From a virus, in the IMG/VR virus record IMGVR_UViG_3300045978_000375, positions 570 through 64,569 of that record: a stretch of 64,000 bases of DNA. The stretch is one strand, 5' to 3'. Shown in pieces: positions 1 through 9,824 of the stretch; the stretch's first letter is position 1, and each line of letters opens with the position of its first letter. A program made the translations under genes and the position numbers. Below the pieces are notes generated by a model. The model worked only from the letters and a program-made list of their open reading frames with translations, was not told the DNA's origin and made no database searches.

Positions 1-1
1 G

Positions 2-562
2 CAGGCTGCGCTCAAGGCTGGCGTGGTTGCGGGCTTCTGGTTGGAGGTTGTAGGGGTCCTCTCCGAAGCGGGCCGAGAACGGCTCCTAGCCCGCGAGCGG
101 CGTGTTTCCATCCAGCTCTCGCACAACGCGCTCGTCGGGGAGGACGACCCGAACGTGCTCGCCGACCTCTACATGCCCCTTCCGCTCGACGAAAAGCAGT
201 ACTCGGGCCTCACGGACGACGCCCTGAAAGCAGCCGACCCGCTCGACATCGCCTCGCTGTCGGCCGGCGCAGTCGCCTATCAAGAGCTTCAGCTGCTCTT
301 TCTGCCGGAGGACGCAGCCGTCTTTCGCGCCGCACTGGAACGCATCAAGAAGCGCGCCGGCAAGCTCGCCAAGGTCGATGTGCTGGTCGCGGCCCTTGCC
401 GACTTCGAGCGGCTCTTTGACGCCTGCGTGCGCGTGAAGGAGCAGCGGAACGTGCACAACACGGCCCTCGCCGTCCGGGTGATGGCAGAACTCGCGCTCG
501 AGCGCCTCGAGGAGCTCGCAGGGTCGGAGGAGCCGGCTCAAGGTCAGGTTGAGGGTTCGTGA
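2..562 (+). CDS. hypothetical phage protein (5' end probably outside window)
   Basis: Frame open from the window edge to TGA 560-562. GC-rich third positions. Stop overlaps the GTG of the next gene (GTGA). Confidence 0.5.
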   Translation, partial: QAALKAGVVAGFWLEVVGVLSEAGRERLLARERRVSIQLSHNALVGEDDPNVLADLYMPLPLDEKQYSGLTDDALKAADPLDIASLSAGAVAYQELQLLFLPEDAAVFRAALERIKKRAGKLAKVDVLVAALADFERLFDACVRVKEQRNVHNTALAVRVMAELALERLEELAGSEEPAQGQVEGS

Positions 563-1134
563 GCGAGCCGGAGAAGAAAACCCCCGAGGAGCGCTTCAAA
601 GAGCGCCTGGCGGCGCTCGGCGGTGGCGACGTCTCGAAGCAGGACGAGCTCGGTCGCACCATCTACGACCAGCGGATCGACTTCCTGATGGAGCTCATGG
701 ACACGGGCCGGTGGCTCCCGGGCGTCACCGAGCGCGTCATCGCGACCGGCTGGAACTGCTCGCGCCCGCATGTCCGGAGGATGGCGGCCGAGGCGAGCCG
801 CGCCATCAAGCGGCGGCTGCACGAGGACCCGAAGGCGCTCGCGGACGCCCGGGCGGCCTGCATCTTCACGTTCATGCGGCTCGCCTACAAGGCCGAGCAG
901 CTCGGCGATGCTCAAGGGCTTCGCGAAGCGAGGGAGAGCACGCTCGAGTACGCGCGTTTCATGGGCATCGCGCCGAAGCCCCAGCTCGAGCTCAGCGATG
1001 CCGATCCGTTTGCCGGCTGGAGCACCGAGGACAAGGAGCGGTTCGCTTCGACTGGTGAGCGCCCGTCGAGGAAGGTCCGGCGCGTGCTTGCTGCGGCCAT
1101 CGCTGAGGGCGTCGCCGGACCGAATGACGAATGA
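559..1134 (+). CDS. putative terminase small subunit
   Basis: 191 aa, GTG start coupled to the upstream stop, ATGA-coupled to the large terminase. Call is positional only. Confidence 0.5.
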   Translation: MSEPEKKTPEERFKERLAALGGGDVSKQDELGRTIYDQRIDFLMELMDTGRWLPGVTERVIATGWNCSRPHVRRMAAEASRAIKRRLHEDPKALADARAACIFTFMRLAYKAEQLGDAQGLREARESTLEYARFMGIAPKPQLELSDADPFAGWSTEDKERFASTGERPSRKVRRVLAAAIAEGVAGPNDE

Positions 1135-2633
1135 GCGCGGAGCTCGAGCTTCGGGCGCGCGCCCGACTTGCCGCCGAGTGGGACCGGGCGGCTACCGACG
1201 TCGCCGGGTTCATCCCGCTCGCCACTCCTGACTACTCGCGCCCGGTCGAGCTCGCGCCCGTCACCGAGCTTCTGAACCGGTCGCTCCATGAGCCGGTCTT
1301 CGCCTGCCTGTCGCTCCCGCCGCGGCACAAGAAAACCGACACCATCCTACACGCCGCCGTCCATCGGCTGAAGTTCCAGCCAAAGGCCCGGATCGGCTAC
1401 TTCTCCTACTCGAGCGATTTCGCTCTGAAGAAGTCCAGGGCGGCACGGAGTATCGCCGTGCAGGTCGGTCTCAAGCCAGGCGGCTCGCGCTCGCAGGCCG
1501 CGAACGAGGACCTCGCCAACACGGTGCATTACTGGCAGACGAGCTCGGGGAGCTCGTGGCTCGCATCGGGCCGTGGCGGTGAGGCGATTGGCCATGGCTT
1601 GGACCTCGCCATCGTAGACGACCCGTTCTCGGGGCCCGTCGAGGCGAGAAGCGCCGCCGTGCGCGAAGCCGTTTGGGATTGGTTTCTCGGCTCGATCTTC
1701 CAGCGTCGAGAGCCCGGAGCCTCCATCTTCGTCGTGCACACGCGCTGGCACGAAGACGACCTCATTGGGCGGCTCATCGCGAGCGAGGGGAACTGGACCT
1801 ACATCAACCTCCCGGCCCTCGCGCTCGACAACGACCCGATCGGCAGGAAGCCGGGCGAGGCCCTCTGCCCGGAGCGCTACACGGCCGACGAGCTGAACCT
1901 CATTCGCCTGCAGATCGGCGAATATCTGTTTTGGGCGCAGTACCAGGGGCAGCCGCGTCCCGAGGGGGCGAAGCTCTTCCGCCCGCCGGCGCGCATCGAC
2001 GAGCTTCCCATCCTGCTCGGCTGGCGCGTCTTCATCGGCGTCGACCCCGCGGGCACGACGAAGACGAGCTCGGACAACACGGCCGTTGCGGTGATGGCTT
2101 TCCGGCGGGACCCGAAGGGGCTCCTCCACGCCATCGTGCTTCGCGTCTACTGCTTCCAGGCCGAGGTCCCGGACGTCACCGACTTCCTGCTCGCACTTCA
2201 GAAGCGCTGGGAAGGTGCGCCCCTCGTCATCGAAACCCAGGGCGGGCATGGCGCCGCGGTCGCACAGATGCTCCGCCGAATCGAACCGCGGCTCGTGCTC
2301 GCGACCGTGACGACGACCGAGGACAAGTTCACTCGCGCGCAGCCCGTGGCGGCCGGCTGGAACCAGGGCCGAGTGCTCGTCCCGACGCAGTCCACGCTGC
2401 ACTGGGACTCCGAGGAGGTTCAGGCGCTGCTGAAGAGGTGGGCGCGCTGGGACACGAGCTGGGTGAAGACCTATCTCGATGAGATGGGCAAGGTGACGGG
2501 CGTCGCCGATCCGGAGGACGACCAGATGGACGCGACCGCCCATTGTTGGAACTACGCCGAAACCGCCGTGCTCGACGCCACCGCGGAGCAGCCGAAGGGG
2601 ATGCGGCCGCGCCTCCTCGCACGCGGCTACTGA
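1131..2633 (+). CDS. terL: terminase large subunit
   Basis: 500 aa. Walker-B-like LDLAIVDDPF, the VVHTRWHEDDLIGRL motif typical of large-terminase ATPases, and a C-terminal nuclease-like region (FIGVDPAG...). Confidence 0.9.
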   Translation: MSAELELRARARLAAEWDRAATDVAGFIPLATPDYSRPVELAPVTELLNRSLHEPVFACLSLPPRHKKTDTILHAAVHRLKFQPKARIGYFSYSSDFALKKSRAARSIAVQVGLKPGGSRSQAANEDLANTVHYWQTSSGSSWLASGRGGEAIGHGLDLAIVDDPFSGPVEARSAAVREAVWDWFLGSIFQRREPGASIFVVHTRWHEDDLIGRLIASEGNWTYINLPALALDNDPIGRKPGEALCPERYTADELNLIRLQIGEYLFWAQYQGQPRPEGAKLFRPPARIDELPILLGWRVFIGVDPAGTTKTSSDNTAVAVMAFRRDPKGLLHAIVLRVYCFQAEVPDVTDFLLALQKRWEGAPLVIETQGGHGAAVAQMLRRIEPRLVLATVTTTEDKFTRAQPVAAGWNQGRVLVPTQSTLHWDSEEVQALLKRWARWDTSWVKTYLDEMGKVTGVADPEDDQMDATAHCWNYAETAVLDATAEQPKGMRPRLLARGY

Positions 2634-2705
2634 GGCGCGGGGTCAGGGGTCCGTGGTGGCGCCAGGTTCGCGAGGGCCCGGCCAACCAACGGAGAGACCT
2701 AGGTC

Positions 2706-3152
2706 ATGTACGAAACTTCAGGATCGCGCGCCATCGCCGCGACGCAGTCTGCCCTCACTCTGATGGGCGGCACGGGCGTCGTCGTCTGTCTCAGGGAGTT
2801 TGCGCTCAGCACGTCCGGCGTGCCGAGCTCGGACCAGAACGTCAACGCGCAGCTCAGGCGCTTCACCGCCGCTGGCACCGGGACGACCCTGACGGCCGGC
2901 ATCAAGTCCCCTGGCTCTCACCCGACGCCCGAGGTCACGCTACTCGGCAACCTCACCGCGGAACCGACCTACTCGGCCGGTTTCGTGATGGATCTCTACT
3001 TCAATCCGCGGAACAACCGCCCGTGGGTCGCCTACGACCAGCGCGGCGAGATCCTCGTCCCGCTCACCGCGAACAACGGCATCGGCTTTCAGTGCACCGC
3101 GGTCGGCGGCGGCGTCGGCAACTTCAATGCCGAGGCCGCCTGGGTGGAGTGA
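2706..3152 (+). CDS. hypothetical protein (beta-rich, structural-looking)
   Basis: 148 aa, ATG preceded by GGAGAG, high GC3. First gene of the block inserted between terminase and portal. Confidence 0.5.
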   Translation: MYETSGSRAIAATQSALTLMGGTGVVVCLREFALSTSGVPSSDQNVNAQLRRFTAAGTGTTLTAGIKSPGSHPTPEVTLLGNLTAEPTYSAGFVMDLYFNPRNNRPWVAYDQRGEILVPLTANNGIGFQCTAVGGGVGNFNAEAAWVE

Positions 3153-3568
3153 TGACCTGGTACGCGACGAGCGAGAAAAACCGGCTTGGCAGCGAACCTG
3201 TCAAGCTACCGGCGCCCGGGCAGCGCGTGCTCGCGTGCGTCATTCGAGCTCGGCCATTGCCGACGAAGGCCCTGCTCGAAGCGTTCGAAGCCTGCGGAAT
3301 TCCGGCAGGAGACGCTGCGGCGTTCATCCGATCGGGACGCACCCCGGGCGATGTGAAGGAAGAGCTCGAGAAGGCCGGTCTCATCCAGCAGTACGCGTAC
3401 TCGGCACTCTTCGAGTGCTTCCTCGTGGACGTGAAGGACCGGGAGAGGCCGCGAAGCCAGCAGGCCTCGGCCGAGGGCTGGGCGTGCGACGCGATGCCGC
3501 TCACGCCGATGTTCGACACGGTCCCGACGCACTGGACGGACGAACTCCCGGAACGGTTCGAGCCGTGA
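3152..3568 (+). CDS. hypothetical protein
   Basis: Internal ATG of track ORF 2543-3568, overlapping the upstream stop (TGATG). 138 aa. Confidence 0.5.
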   Translation: MTWYATSEKNRLGSEPVKLPAPGQRVLACVIRARPLPTKALLEAFEACGIPAGDAAAFIRSGRTPGDVKEELEKAGLIQQYAYSALFECFLVDVKDRERPRSQQASAEGWACDAMPLTPMFDTVPTHWTDELPERFEP

Positions 3569-3840
3569 GGGGCCTGCCCGGACTCAAGGCCCGCGGGTTC
3601 ACGACCGAGATTGGGCCGGGTTCGGGAGCTGGGGTCGAGCACGAGACGTTCACCTGCTGCCACTGCGGCGGCGTCACCATGATTCCGCACCGCGCGACGC
3701 CCGAGCAGCTAGGGCGTTTCTGTCTCTCGTGCAATCAGATGACGTGCGTCGCCTGCGCGCCGTTCCCGGAGTGCCGGAGCTTCATGCGGCAGATCGATCA
3801 GCAGCTTGCGAGGGCGCGGTTGCTCAGGGCGTGCCCATAA
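3565..3840 (+). CDS. small Cys-rich (zinc-ribbon-like) protein
   Basis: GTG start overlapping the upstream TGA. Cys clusters CCHCGG ... CLSCNQMTCVACAPFPEC. Confidence 0.45.
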   Translation: MRGLPGLKARGFTTEIGPGSGAGVEHETFTCCHCGGVTMIPHRATPEQLGRFCLSCNQMTCVACAPFPECRSFMRQIDQQLARARLLRACP

Positions 3841-3862
3841 CTCCGAGCGGAACTGTGGCAAC

Positions 3863-4642
3863 ATGCTGATCCTCTCCTCCACGTCGGACATCGTCCGAAT
3901 CGTCACCGATGCGTCTGGCGACATCGAGGTGCATGCCTCGTGGGCCGACAACAACGCGGGGACGATCACGCCCGGGCGCACGAACACTGCTTCGATCACG
4001 ACGGCCACGACGACGACCGTCGTTGGCTCGCCGGCGAGCTCGCAGCAGCGTAACGTCCGGCACCTGAACATCACCAACAACCACGCCTCGCAAACGGTTG
4101 TGGTGACGGTCGAGCACACGGACGGGACCAACGCCGAGACCTTGATGAAAGTCACGCTGCTCGCGGGCGAAAACCTCGTCTTCGACCAGGGTGGTGGTTG
4201 GACCCACTACGACCCGAACGGCGGGACCTACGGGGGGCTGCCGGCAGCGACGCAGGCAGACATGGAGTCGGGGACGAGCCTGAACACCTTCGTCACGCCG
4301 GGGCGGCTGCACTTCCACCCCGCCGCGGCGAAGTTTTGGATCAAGGCCACGCCGGGTGGGACCATCAATGCGTCCTACAACGTCAGTGCGGAAGCGGACT
4401 CAACCGCTGGTGTCTGCGACATCACAATCGGAAACGACTTCAGCTCTGCCAACTACGCCGTGGTTGCGATGAGCTTGCGGGCGAATACGAACACGACAGT
4501 AACTGACGCCAAGAATACGGCAATCCGCAGTGCAACGCAGGCGGCTGGGGCCGTCTCAATCGAGACGTACGATCAGACTGCTACGAACTTCGCGGTCGAG
4601 GACCCGACTAGCTGGTACGCAGTCGGGTTTGGAGATCTGTAA
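3863..4642 (+). CDS. tail-fibre-like / receptor-binding-like protein
   Basis: 259 aa from an internal ATG. Thr-rich N-domain. Central ATQADMESGTSLNTFVTPGRL segment resembles the A-T-x-x-E-x-x-G-T...TP motif common in phage fibre proteins. Confidence 0.5.
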   Translation: MLILSSTSDIVRIVTDASGDIEVHASWADNNAGTITPGRTNTASITTATTTTVVGSPASSQQRNVRHLNITNNHASQTVVVTVEHTDGTNAETLMKVTLLAGENLVFDQGGGWTHYDPNGGTYGGLPAATQADMESGTSLNTFVTPGRLHFHPAAAKFWIKATPGGTINASYNVSAEADSTAGVCDITIGNDFSSANYAVVAMSLRANTNTTVTDAKNTAIRSATQAAGAVSIETYDQTATNFAVEDPTSWYAVGFGDL

Positions 4643-4804
4643 ATGCTACGCAACTATGAGCAGATATTCGCGTGCGAGGCGTTTGGAGCACCGACGGCTC
4701 TTCCGGAGGGTGCGGCGCTGACCTTTACCGTGAATCTGTTGGTGGCCGACGTTGACCCGCCAAGTCACGCGACTGTCAGCATGTCGATCGAGCGGTGCGG
4801 GTGA
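4643..4804 (+). CDS. possible small ORF (53 aa)
   Basis: ATG directly abuts the fibre-like gene stop (TAAATG), with a TGA 5 nt before the next gene. Moderate GC3. Below the track size cutoff. Confidence 0.25.
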   Translation: MLRNYEQIFACEAFGAPTALPEGAALTFTVNLLVADVDPPSHATVSMSIERCG

Positions 4805-4808
4805 ACAC

Positions 4809-5339
4809 ATGTCGGTCCCCGTGCAGAAGTTCGCGGTGCGGTGCGACGACGGCTCCGTGACGATCCTGGCGTTTGTGCTGCGCTCGCGCGGCCCCACCCC
4901 CCGCGGCGGAAAGGTCGATCCCTCTACCGGAGAATGGGTGCGTGAGCCAACCGACGAGAACGTCTTTTACGAGATCGAGCGCATCTTCGCAGCACCAGGC
5001 AAACCCCGCCCGATGGGATACCGTCCGATCAAGGACGCTGATGTTCCTGCGGATCGCACCTACCGCGATGCATGGACCGACGACGGTAAGGCGATCGTTC
5101 ATGACATGGGCAAGGCGCGGGCGCTGCACGTCGCGCGCCTGCGGCGCCGCCGAGCGCCGAAGCTCGTCGAGCTCGACGGCCAGTGGATGCGAGCGATGGG
5201 GCAAGGCAACTCGCAAGAGGCGGCACGCGTCGAGGCTGAGCGCCAAGCCCTGCGCGACCTGCCGGTGACGCTCGAATTCGACAAGATCGACAGCGTCGAC
5301 GACTTGAAGAAGGCCTGGCCCGAAAACCTGCCACGGTAA
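4809..5339 (+). CDS. hypothetical protein (possible fibre-assembly/accessory role by position)
   Basis: 176 aa from an internal ATG of track ORF 4752-5339. Follows the fibre-like gene. No motif recognised with certainty. Confidence 0.45.
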   Translation: MSVPVQKFAVRCDDGSVTILAFVLRSRGPTPRGGKVDPSTGEWVREPTDENVFYEIERIFAAPGKPRPMGYRPIKDADVPADRTYRDAWTDDGKAIVHDMGKARALHVARLRRRRAPKLVELDGQWMRAMGQGNSQEAARVEAERQALRDLPVTLEFDKIDSVDDLKKAWPENLPR

Positions 5340-5343
5340 AACC

Positions 5344-5721
5344 TTGGCTGATCTCGCCTACAAGAGCGTCACGCTCGTCGAGCAGGCGCAGCCTGCGCAC
5401 ATTCGAGGGCACCAGCTCTGGCTGGGCACAGAAGGACCGGTCGAGCTCGCCGTTGGCCTGAACACAGACTCCGGTGTCTATACGGCGTACGCGCGTGTGA
5501 TCCGCGACAACCCCCGGGGTGAGGGAACTCTCGCGCTGCCGGCTGGTGTGGCAGAGGGCACTGACTGGGCGGCTGCGCTCGACGCGGCCTGCGAGGCGTT
5601 CACAGCGCGGGCCGACAAGCCGGTAGGACAACGCAAGTTCCGCGAGCTCGACATCCGCTCGACTGACCGCGCGGCGCTTCGCGTTGTCGCCGATAGGACG
5701 AGGCTTTCTCAGGTGCGCTGA
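5344..5721 (+). CDS. hypothetical protein
   Basis: TTG start per track. Stop overlaps the next ATG (ATGA-type coupling at 5719-5723). Confidence 0.4.
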   Translation: MADLAYKSVTLVEQAQPAHIRGHQLWLGTEGPVELAVGLNTDSGVYTAYARVIRDNPRGEGTLALPAGVAEGTDWAAALDAACEAFTARADKPVGQRKFRELDIRSTDRAALRVVADRTRLSQVR

Positions 5722-8234
5722 TGGCAATCAGCGCCCGCACAGCCATCGAGTACGGAGTCAGTGGTCAGAACCCGGCGGCGCAGTCGATCACGACTCAGGC
5801 CGGTGACAAAGCGGTCATCCTCTGCCAGTCGAATTGGGAGGGCAGCACATTCAGCACCACGTCGCTGGACGGCGATACTACGCCAAACAACGCGGCATCC
5901 GACGACGATGGTGGTTCGGGAGAATGCACCCACGTCGTAGTCTGGCTGAATCCGCCGATCGGCGTGCTCTCGATCGACTGGGCATTCGGGGCCGTTCCGA
6001 GCGACGGCGCTGAGGTTTGGGCGGTCATCGTTGCGTGCGACGGAGACATTTCCGTCGTGGATATTGGCGCCGATGCCAGCGGCACCACGACGACGACGAC
6101 GGAGAACTGCGCGGTTGGCGATCTTGCGGTCGCGGTAGGATTCGAGTTTGGTGGAGCAGCGTCGGTCGGCAGTGGCTACACGAGCGGCGACGCCATCGCC
6201 GCCGACGACGTATTCAACGGACAGCACGGGCGGCCGTACGCCAAGATCGTCTCGAGCGGCTCGACCATTACCGCGACCTCCCAGCTCGGGGTCGTGCAGG
6301 TCATCCTCCGCGAGACGATCACCGCGCCGCAGTCGATCCTTACGCCAATTGGCCCGCTGCGTCGGGCTCGGGCTGACAGCTCTGGAACGGAAGGCGACGT
6401 AAAGCAGTGGTTCGACCAAGCGTTTCTCCTCGCCAACTGGTTCGATGAGGAGTTTGCTGTCGCGGCGGCGCCTTCTCTCGCGACGTTTCTCCCCGACGAA
6501 GAGCTGCCTTTCATCCCACGGTTTCGCCGGAGCGAGCGCACCGCTCGATCTCTGGTTCACGGTTACGTAAACTTCCCAGAGATTCCACGCCCGCTGATCG
6601 TTGCGACTCAGGCGCCGCTTCCAGACATTGCGGCCGTCAGTCGGATCTTCGCTCCGCACCGCCATCCGGTGTCGGAGATCGTCACGACGACGGCGCAGCA
6701 GCAGCCTGGAGCTCTGGCCGATTCGCTACCAGCACGACCGGCCCAATCTGCACGCGCCCGACAGCTCGTAGAAGCGCACGTGCCACAGGCGGCGATTTCC
6801 CTGCCGTGGGTTGGGACTGAGAGCGCGAGCCGCGGTCAGCCCGTGCGCCCTCCGAGGTTCCGAGAGGACCCGGCGCCGCTCGGGACGATCGATCTCCCGC
6901 CCATCGACGCGGACATCTTTGCCCGAGGTCCTCGGAGCCGGCCGATCCGGCTCGACGCCGAACCCACGGCGAGCCCAACAATCGCCCTCCCGCCCATCAA
7001 CCCCGACGACTTCCGTCGAGGCCCACCACCGCGACCGGTGCGGCTCCAAGCGGAGCCAACGTCGCCGGCGGTCATCAGACTTCCGCCCATCAACCCGGAG
7101 CCGCCGGCACTCCGGGGTCCCATGCGCCCCCACCCGCCGGACCCGGAGTTCGCGCCCGCAACATTCGTCGCGCCGGTCGTCTACCTCGCGGTGCCCGACC
7201 TTTTGCCGCAGCGTGCGAGGCTCAGACCGCCGTCACCGGCCTTTCTCGATCCTCCGCCCATCGCGTTCGCGCAGGCTGCCGTCTCGGCGCTCGTGGACCT
7301 GCTGCCGCAGCGAGGGATGCCGGTGCGGCGCAGGGACGCCTTTTTGGACCCGTCCCCACGGGCTCAGATTGCGCTGCCGTGGGTGCCCGAGCAAGCGGCT
7401 CTCCGCGGCGTGGCCATCCGCCTTCCGCGGCTCGGTCCGGAACCGACGCCAGGGGCGGTCATCGCACTGCCGCCAGTCTCGTCCGAACTTCTGCTCCGCC
7501 CCGTCCTCGGCCGCCTTGGCCGCCCGCCTGACGTCGACGCGCCCGCTGGGCTCGTGCGCGCGCTCGTGCTCGAGGAGCTGCTGCCAGAGCGCCGGCACGC
7601 CCAGCGCCTCGTGCGCGCGTTCGAGCAAGAAGCGCTCGCAACCGGCGCCCGTCCGTGGCTCGGCCCGGACGAGCTCGTCCAGCGGGTTCGGAGCTCGAGG
7701 GGGCGGCTGGCGCCTGATTCGGCGCTCTCCTCGGCCTTCGTGCCGGTCCAGCTAATCGCGCTCATCGCCGAAGAGCGAAACCCGCCGCATTACGTCGCAC
7801 CACGGGCCCTCTTTCGGACACTGTGGATCACGACCTACGTCCCGACCGGGCCGTTCCTGGTCGTCTTCCTGCCGCCCGCGCCAGAGCACCGCCGCGCCCT
7901 CCTACACTACCACCCGAGAAAGGGCCGCCTCTTGTCGCTCGAAGGAAGCTTCGCCGTGTGGGACGTGCAGCGCGGGCTCGCGCCCATCGATTACGACGTC
8001 GACGCTCGCCCCTGGCTCACCGGCACGGCCCTCCTCGCGACCTTCGTGCTCACGCAGGAACCGGGCGATCCGGTCGTCTACGGACCCGTGCAGCTCGTGC
8101 CAGGAGGACGCGACGTGAAGCTCACTGCGTCGGCCCCGCTCGGCGCGACGCCGGGCTTTTACCGCGTGCGAGCCGACTTCACCGACACCGTCGGCCGGCC
8201 GGGCTTCCAGTTCTTTCACATGCGGGTCACCTGA
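5721..8234 (+). CDS. large repeat-containing virion-associated-like protein (837 aa)
   Basis: Longest coherent high-GC3 frame here. N-terminal beta-rich domain, central tandem 31-aa Pro/Arg-rich repeats, C-terminal Ig-like-looking domain. Confidence 0.6.
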   Translation: MAISARTAIEYGVSGQNPAAQSITTQAGDKAVILCQSNWEGSTFSTTSLDGDTTPNNAASDDDGGSGECTHVVVWLNPPIGVLSIDWAFGAVPSDGAEVWAVIVACDGDISVVDIGADASGTTTTTTENCAVGDLAVAVGFEFGGAASVGSGYTSGDAIAADDVFNGQHGRPYAKIVSSGSTITATSQLGVVQVILRETITAPQSILTPIGPLRRARADSSGTEGDVKQWFDQAFLLANWFDEEFAVAAAPSLATFLPDEELPFIPRFRRSERTARSLVHGYVNFPEIPRPLIVATQAPLPDIAAVSRIFAPHRHPVSEIVTTTAQQQPGALADSLPARPAQSARARQLVEAHVPQAAISLPWVGTESASRGQPVRPPRFREDPAPLGTIDLPPIDADIFARGPRSRPIRLDAEPTASPTIALPPINPDDFRRGPPPRPVRLQAEPTSPAVIRLPPINPEPPALRGPMRPHPPDPEFAPATFVAPVVYLAVPDLLPQRARLRPPSPAFLDPPPIAFAQAAVSALVDLLPQRGMPVRRRDAFLDPSPRAQIALPWVPEQAALRGVAIRLPRLGPEPTPGAVIALPPVSSELLLRPVLGRLGRPPDVDAPAGLVRALVLEELLPERRHAQRLVRAFEQEALATGARPWLGPDELVQRVRSSRGRLAPDSALSSAFVPVQLIALIAEERNPPHYVAPRALFRTLWITTYVPTGPFLVVFLPPAPEHRRALLHYHPRKGRLLSLEGSFAVWDVQRGLAPIDYDVDARPWLTGTALLATFVLTQEPGDPVVYGPVQLVPGGRDVKLTASAPLGATPGFYRVRADFTDTVGRPGFQFFHMRVT
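6801..7172 (+). repeat. four tandem 93-bp (31-codon) repeats inside CDS 5721-8234
   Basis: Units start at 6801, 6894, 6987 and 7080 (LPWV/LPPI..RG..RP.R...EP...I). Two more degenerate units lie near 7374-7562. Confidence 0.8.
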
Positions 8235-8261
8235 TGCCGGGCCCGCCACGCTCTCCGGGGC

Positions 8262-9425
8262 GTGCCGAACCTCGCGAAGTTCACGATCAACGCGTCGGCG
8301 AGCTCGCCCGGCGGCTTCTCCGCGACCGTGAGCCAGGTCTTGACGATGGCGCTCGAGGGCGGGCCCGCGAACGTCGTGAACCGTTGGACCCTGCAGGTCT
8401 TCGACGCCGCCGACGCCTCATCCCCCCTGGCGTCGAAGAACGCACCCAGCCTCACGCTGGTCGGCGGGACGAGCGGGCAGAAGGTGGATGCCGCGACACC
8501 GGGCACGAGCATCACGACCACCATGCCGTCGAGCGGCGTGCACTCGTGGCTCGTCCGGTCGCTCGTAAACGGCGGCCTGAACGCCAAGGGCAAGGCCGAC
8601 CCGGAATACGTCTACGAGCGGCTCGTCTACATCCCGACCGGCTCGGCGCTCCGGAAGGTGATCGCCACCGAGGGGACGGCGGCGAGCTCGAGGGGATGGG
8701 CGGACGCGCAGAACGACCTCATTGACGCTGGGGCAGGGCCGCTCACAGCGCCGGGCGGCGCGAGTGATGCGAACAAGGTTGCGCAGGCGAATGGCTCCGG
8801 AACGAACCTCGGATATGCAGCGACCCTTCGCATCGACAACAACTACTTCACGCTCGATGTGGCAGCGAGCCAGGGCGGCTTCTACCAGCAGACATCCGCG
8901 GCGGCTACTGACACCGCCCGGCGCCTGATGGAGTTCGCCGCGCAGAACGTGTCGGGGAACACAAACACGATCGGTGGAACTGTATTTGTCAGGGGGGGCG
9001 ACACATTTGGCTCAGGTGGCACCCACCAGGGCGGCGATGCGATACTGCGTGGCGGCTGGGCGAATGGCGCATCCGGTACCCGGAGAGGCGGGCATGTGGT
9101 GTTGGGCGGCGGCACTGGCGCCACCAGCTATGGGAATATCTACTTCGGCACGGACTATGCCGCTGGATACGATTTCAAGAGCATGGCGCGCGGGATTGTC
9201 GTGCAAAACGCGCTGGCTGCACCCACAGCCGACCTGTCAGACGCCCACGCGTACTACAGTGACACGGGCCGGCCCACGTGGCGGTTCAATGGCACGACCC
9301 TGCGCCTTGACGGAACTTCTGGCAGTGCAAGCGCCGGAGGTTTGGCAAAGCCGAGCCTCTACGATGGCTACATCACGGTCACTATCGGTGGTTCAACGAA
9401 GAAGATCCCGTTTTACGCGAACTGA
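8262..9425 (+). CDS. tail-fibre-like Gly-rich protein
   Basis: 387 aa, GTG start. Gly-rich beta-helix-like stretch (GGDTFGSGGTHQGGDAILRGGWANGASGTRRGGHVVLGGGTG). The ending ITVTIGGSTKKIPFYAN is typical in style of fibre C-termini. Confidence 0.5.
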   Translation: MPNLAKFTINASASSPGGFSATVSQVLTMALEGGPANVVNRWTLQVFDAADASSPLASKNAPSLTLVGGTSGQKVDAATPGTSITTTMPSSGVHSWLVRSLVNGGLNAKGKADPEYVYERLVYIPTGSALRKVIATEGTAASSRGWADAQNDLIDAGAGPLTAPGGASDANKVAQANGSGTNLGYAATLRIDNNYFTLDVAASQGGFYQQTSAAATDTARRLMEFAAQNVSGNTNTIGGTVFVRGGDTFGSGGTHQGGDAILRGGWANGASGTRRGGHVVLGGGTGATSYGNIYFGTDYAAGYDFKSMARGIVVQNALAAPTADLSDAHAYYSDTGRPTWRFNGTTLRLDGTSGSASAGGLAKPSLYDGYITVTIGGSTKKIPFYAN

Positions 9426-9470
9426 GGCAGGCGGGTCTGCTCTCCACCTCCCGGCCCAAGCTCCCTTGGC

Positions 9471-9824
9471 ATGCCCACGGCCGCCGAATTCCGACTCCAC
9501 CAAGCCCGCCTGACCGGTCAGCGGGAGCAACTCGCCTCATTCAGCCAGACGCTCCGAAAGAACCTCGCCGCCTGGCGGGCGCAGGAGGCGGAGCGTCACC
9601 CCATTTCCCGCGCTCTCTGCTTCTCCCTGAACGAGGCTTGGATCGCGCGCATCGACTCCTTTCTCGCCGACACCGACGCGCTCGTGCAGGCGCTTGTCCA
9701 GCAAGAGTCGCTCATCACCGACCAGGCGCGAGCCGCCGAGGATGCCGAGCGCGCGCCACCAGCACCACCGCCCGAACCACCGGCGCCCCCTCAAAAGACC
9801 CCGACTAAACGGCGCCGCCGGTGA
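9471..9824 (+). CDS. hypothetical helical protein with Pro-rich basic tail
   Basis: 117 aa. Stop coupled to the portal GTG (GTGA). Confidence 0.45.
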   Translation: MPTAAEFRLHQARLTGQREQLASFSQTLRKNLAAWRAQEAERHPISRALCFSLNEAWIARIDSFLADTDALVQALVQQESLITDQARAAEDAERAPPAPPPEPPAPPQKTPTKRRRR

